Source: Paramicrosporidium saccamoebae KSL3 (Eukaryota; Fungi; Cryptomycota). From it: a stretch of 32,000 nt of DNA. The stretch's first letter is position 1; each line of letters opens with the position of its first letter. The DNA lies in assembly GCA_002794465.1 (NCBI GenBank), contig MTSL01000150.1, positions 89,448 to 121,447 of the forward strand, given 5' to 3'. Below the pieces are notes generated by a model. The model was not told the DNA's origin, did not search any database, and saw only the letters and a program-made list of their open reading frames with translations. Below, in pieces: positions 28,591-32,000 of the stretch. The position numbers and the translations under genes were made by a program.

Positions 28591-30978
28591 ATGATCTTAC
28601 TCTGGGTTCTTGTTTTTGGACTGTGCAGATGCTCATTCTCAAATCCCACATGGCTCTACCGAAGCGAGAGCAGTGAAGAGAGCTGGTCTGTTGACAATGT
28701 GTTTCCAGGACTATATGCTACACATGAAGATGGGTCGTCAACACTCGCAGTACCTCCCCATGCAGTAGAGATGACTTTTGCGTATCGCCCGGATGAGAAT
28801 CGTCAAGAGTCTTGCAAATCTCTCCTTACAGACGATTCGCCTTACTTTACTGCTTATGAGGGAACAGATTTCAACCTTCCTTCAGATGAGGTCTATCAAG
28901 TAAAGTGGTCTCAGGCGCCACTGTCAAAAAGCGCCTCACGACAGGCACCGTTAGAATCATTGAAGAGAGTTGCACCGACGCCAATGTCCAAGATTGCAAC
29001 GCCTGTTGTTGAAGTAGTTGCTATCCCAACACCAATTGCTCCAGCGGACACTATTTCGGAGCTCATCGTCAAGTTGCCTGACAACAAGCACATGGACAAC
29101 GAGCAACGGGAGCAAGATACCAAAAGCCATTCTGTTCAGTCGGAGCAGACTATAAGCGGTTCACACGAGCATTTGAGCCAAGTAGGGTCGTTTGGTGCGC
29201 CGATTACTGGTCCAAAATCAGGAGGAAATACGCTGTTGGCGCCTATAGCAAGCACTGTAATGGCACAACCACCACATTCCAATCCAGAATCAAGTACCAG
29301 ACCTGTTATTCACCAACTGGCAGATTCATCAAGGCAGCCAACGCCTGAGAGATCAGAAAGCCGTGTACTTTGGTTTGGGGATGGTATGAAAGAAGCACCT
29401 TCCTTTAACAATTTTTCGATATATAAGAATTCACAAATTTCCTTCTCCAAATATCATATGTATGGAGTGGCACTGCCCAATTCAAGAACCACCTTCATGA
29501 AGGGCAAATATGTGGCCATGGGTTACCGAATTAATCACGACCGGATGGTATTTTTAGATGGCTACAAGAGGAAGAGGGAAACGAAGCAAGATCGGGTTGG
29601 CGATCTAACTTGGTCGAATTATATTGTCAATGAAGCCACTTTGCGGGCTGGAAACGTTAAACAGATATATCCGCTCGAGACAGATGGTCTTATTGTTGCT
29701 CTTCAGGAGGGTAGTGATATTGATAGTGATAGTTATGACAAGTTGCTTCTGGCATCTTATGGCAGACCTCCATTGAGAGCAGCCCTTCTTCGTCCTGGAG
29801 GAAATGGGCTAGTCGTTGTGGCCCATACGTCTGATGATACTGTCAAGGCCGTAAAGATTCAGAATGGGGACGTTGTTATTGTTGGACCATTTCTCGGAAT
29901 ATCAAACTTGGAGTCGGGTCTTCTCCTACTAAGCACTTTGGACACACTGGACATGATCGCTGAAACTGTTTACAACTCTGCAGAAGAGCCTTCGCTTTGT
30001 ATTGTCGCTACTATTTCTGTTTCGCGAAATCCATCATCAATATTCAATTTTGTGTCTAATGGACCGGAAGAATCTTCCAAAAGAACCCTCCCGGGTGCTT
30101 GCTCGCCTCCTCAAGCCGTGTATCACAAGCAATCCTCTTCCCATAGCAATTTCCAAAGGGGCGATGAGCCGCGACTACCCCCGCCTGTGGCATCCAACAT
30201 GATGGTAAGACCATACGCCAGACAGCCCCTCCCTGCATTTCCGGCAACCTTTAATGCCGCAAAATCTAGAGAGCCATCGGGACGAGCGAAATGGTTTGCT
30301 AGAGCTAGACAGTTTTATTCTTTATCCCAAATCGCCACAGTGAAAACCGTACCACCAGTTGGATTTGCTCAATGGCACTATTACGGAGTGTTAGCCCCTC
30401 TCAAGGGTAGGTTTGCTAGATTATCCATCGCCGATTCTAGTATGGGTGGCCACATTTCCCATAACCGAATTGTATTTTCAGATGGTTGCCAGGCCGGCGC
30501 TAGATGGAAGAAGACCTTTATGAATCGCTGGAAAAATAGTGATATTGATGAAACCACTTTGGGGGCTGAGAAAGTTAGAGACTGGTATCCCCTCAAGGAG
30601 GACGGCCTTATTGTTGCTCTTCAGGAGGATGGCGATAGTGGTAGTGATCACCAGCTGCTTATGGCATCCCATGGCAGGCCTCCACTAGGAGCAGTTCTTC
30701 TCCGACCTGAAGGAGATCGGCTAGTGTTTGTGGCTCGTACTTCTGATGATAAGGTTACGCCCGTAAAGATTCAGGATGGTGATGTTGTTATTGTTGGGGC
30801 ACTTTTGAGTATATCAAGACTGGAATCAGGTGATCTCGTGCTAAGCACTTTGAGCACGCCAGATACGATCCCTGAAACGGTCTATGACTCTGCAAAGGAA
30901 CCTTCGCTTTGCTTTGCTGCCGTCATTGCGGTTAGCCAACAATTATCTAAATGGAATGAGCTTCTGCCAAGCTACTAA
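28591..30978 (+). CDS. Secreted family paralog P5: signal + header + 2 PP2C-like repeats (795 aa), mosaic
   Basis: Intronless; MILLWVLVFGLCRCSFS; segments nearly identical to P4, P1 and P3 in turn. Confidence 0.85.
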   Translation: MILLWVLVFGLCRCSFSNPTWLYRSESSEESWSVDNVFPGLYATHEDGSSTLAVPPHAVEMTFAYRPDENRQESCKSLLTDDSPYFTAYEGTDFNLPSDEVYQVKWSQAPLSKSASRQAPLESLKRVAPTPMSKIATPVVEVVAIPTPIAPADTISELIVKLPDNKHMDNEQREQDTKSHSVQSEQTISGSHEHLSQVGSFGAPITGPKSGGNTLLAPIASTVMAQPPHSNPESSTRPVIHQLADSSRQPTPERSESRVLWFGDGMKEAPSFNNFSIYKNSQISFSKYHMYGVALPNSRTTFMKGKYVAMGYRINHDRMVFLDGYKRKRETKQDRVGDLTWSNYIVNEATLRAGNVKQIYPLETDGLIVALQEGSDIDSDSYDKLLLASYGRPPLRAALLRPGGNGLVVVAHTSDDTVKAVKIQNGDVVIVGPFLGISNLESGLLLLSTLDTLDMIAETVYNSAEEPSLCIVATISVSRNPSSIFNFVSNGPEESSKRTLPGACSPPQAVYHKQSSSHSNFQRGDEPRLPPPVASNMMVRPYARQPLPAFPATFNAAKSREPSGRAKWFARARQFYSLSQIATVKTVPPVGFAQWHYYGVLAPLKGRFARLSIADSSMGGHISHNRIVFSDGCQAGARWKKTFMNRWKNSDIDETTLGAEKVRDWYPLKEDGLIVALQEDGDSGSDHQLLMASHGRPPLGAVLLRPEGDRLVFVARTSDDKVTPVKIQDGDVVIVGALLSISRLESGDLVLSTLSTPDTIPETVYDSAKEPSLCFAAVIAVSQQLSKWNELLPSY

Positions 30979-31510
30979 CTTTAATGTGCGGATGCTTTGA
31001 ACATCATGTTGCTCTCAGGATTAAATCCTCAACCGTAAGCTTGGGAGGAGGAGTAAAAACCGCAGATGCAGTGTATGTGGTGCAATAGCCGTTACATATT
31101 CGACAAAGGGCACTTGCCAGATTCAATTCGAAAATCTCGTACAGAGTGAATTGGTCGAGCGTTCTAAGGCATTTGTTACACTGCAACTGTCTAGTGGCAC
31201 ACAACTGCATCACTTCTGCCTCAATAACAAATTTGAATTGTCCATCCAGGGATCATACAAGATTTGACGATTGAGGGAGTTGTATTAAAGACCATATTAA
31301 ACAGCATTTGTTTGTTATTGGCAAGCCCGATCCATATAGCGACCCCACAATCCATCCCTGTCATCTTAAGGATAGCTGCCCATAAAGGATCCACAAGCTC
31401 CACTACAACCAATTCACTCATCAACAGGCTCTTTATTGGAAATTTGAGCCGCGGGTCTATACTCTTAACCTGTGTAAACCCTCTCCCTGGTCCATATATA
31501 TGATGGCATA

Positions 31511-31752
31511 TGTCGCGTAGTAGGGGATAAATAGTATGGACTGTCAGCGGGAAAGGGGGGTCTGTTTATTGCTAATCCTAGAATGGTATGAATACACATC
31601 TCACTATCCCCAAATGTTCAGCAAAGCGATCCATTCTAGCACACAAATACCCAATTAATCAACCCTCTATGTCACATGGCCAACTAATCAATCCCTTGCC
31701 TCTACGTCACGTAGCCAACTAATCAATCCTCTGCCTCTGCCTCTACGTCACA
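31511..31752 (+). mobile_element. Solo-LTR-like element, copy D (242 bp)
   Basis: TGTCGCGTAG ... CTACGTCACA; flanks CATA/TATA (1 mismatch); 3' module present three times. Confidence 0.8.
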
Positions 31753-31834
31753 TATACATGGACCAGGAATATAGTCTCTCTCACAGGCCATTATTTACAT
31801 TGTATTCATCTCTTTGAGTCAATATTTACAAAGT

Positions 31835-32000
31835 CTACGCGGCGAAAAAGGCGGGCCTTAGCAGGGATCGGACCTGTTCCAGCAACACGAGAGTTAACAC
31901 GGTATGCGGGCCGATCCGCACAAAATGCGGCACCAATCCTCTCCATAATGCCCCTACTCCTTCGACCCTCACCGTCTTTACGGCACAATTCACCAGTCCC
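31835..32000 (-). CDS. Mitochondrial carrier family (SLC25) protein, C-terminal fragment, Oac1-like; continues beyond window
   Basis: Frame not in the ORF track, read from 31999: GLVNCAVKTVRVEGVGALWRGLVPHFVRIGPHTVLTLVLLEQVRSLLRPAFFAA* (TAG at 31835-31837). EG..ALWRG...RIGPHT matches the third carrier repeat. Confidence 0.85.
   Translation of the reverse strand, partial: GLVNCAVKTVRVEGVGALWRGLVPHFVRIGPHTVLTLVLLEQVRSLLRPAFFAA

Noticed and set aside
31004-31213. Minus ORF with two CxxC pairs, suggesting a zinc finger
   Set aside because: It lies over the conserved post-stop spacer of the array; the same VEDLILxAT string appears in the antisense ORF 21101-21466, and the Cys residues are not conserved in the other spacers.
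31806-31988. 60-aa minus ORF from the ORF track
   Set aside because: Wrong frame; the overlapping frame encodes a clear mitochondrial carrier C-terminus.

Overview
Eukaryotic, very gene-dense DNA from a fungus-related lineage. Tiny 30-46 nt GT-AG introns, intergenic gaps often near 100 bp and a mitochondrial carrier gene suggest (inference) an early-diverging Rozellomycota/microsporidia-relative parasite such as Paramicrosporidium. Left half: housekeeping genes (inositol polyphosphate kinase, PX-BAR sorting nexin, triple zinc-knuckle protein, NOP2, RPL25, UTP14, SPB4, RRP36, an MPN-like gene), interrupted by three tandem paralogous Thr/Cys-rich, probably GPI-anchored surface-protein genes. 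Right half (18.9-31.0 kb): a tandem array of five intronless, signal-peptide-bearing paralogs. Each has a conserved N-terminal header and one or two copies of a domain that looks like a PTC7/PP2C phosphatase fold missing most metal-binding aspartates, and the paralogs are sequence mosaics of one another. Four copies of a ~230-260 bp non-coding element with TG..CA-type termini and 4-bp target-site duplications (solo-LTR-like) sit in intergenic DNA, each antisense just downstream of a stop codon. The window ends inside a mitochondrial carrier gene. No rRNA, tRNA or CRISPR array was recognised. All family assignments come from motif recognition by eye, not database searches.
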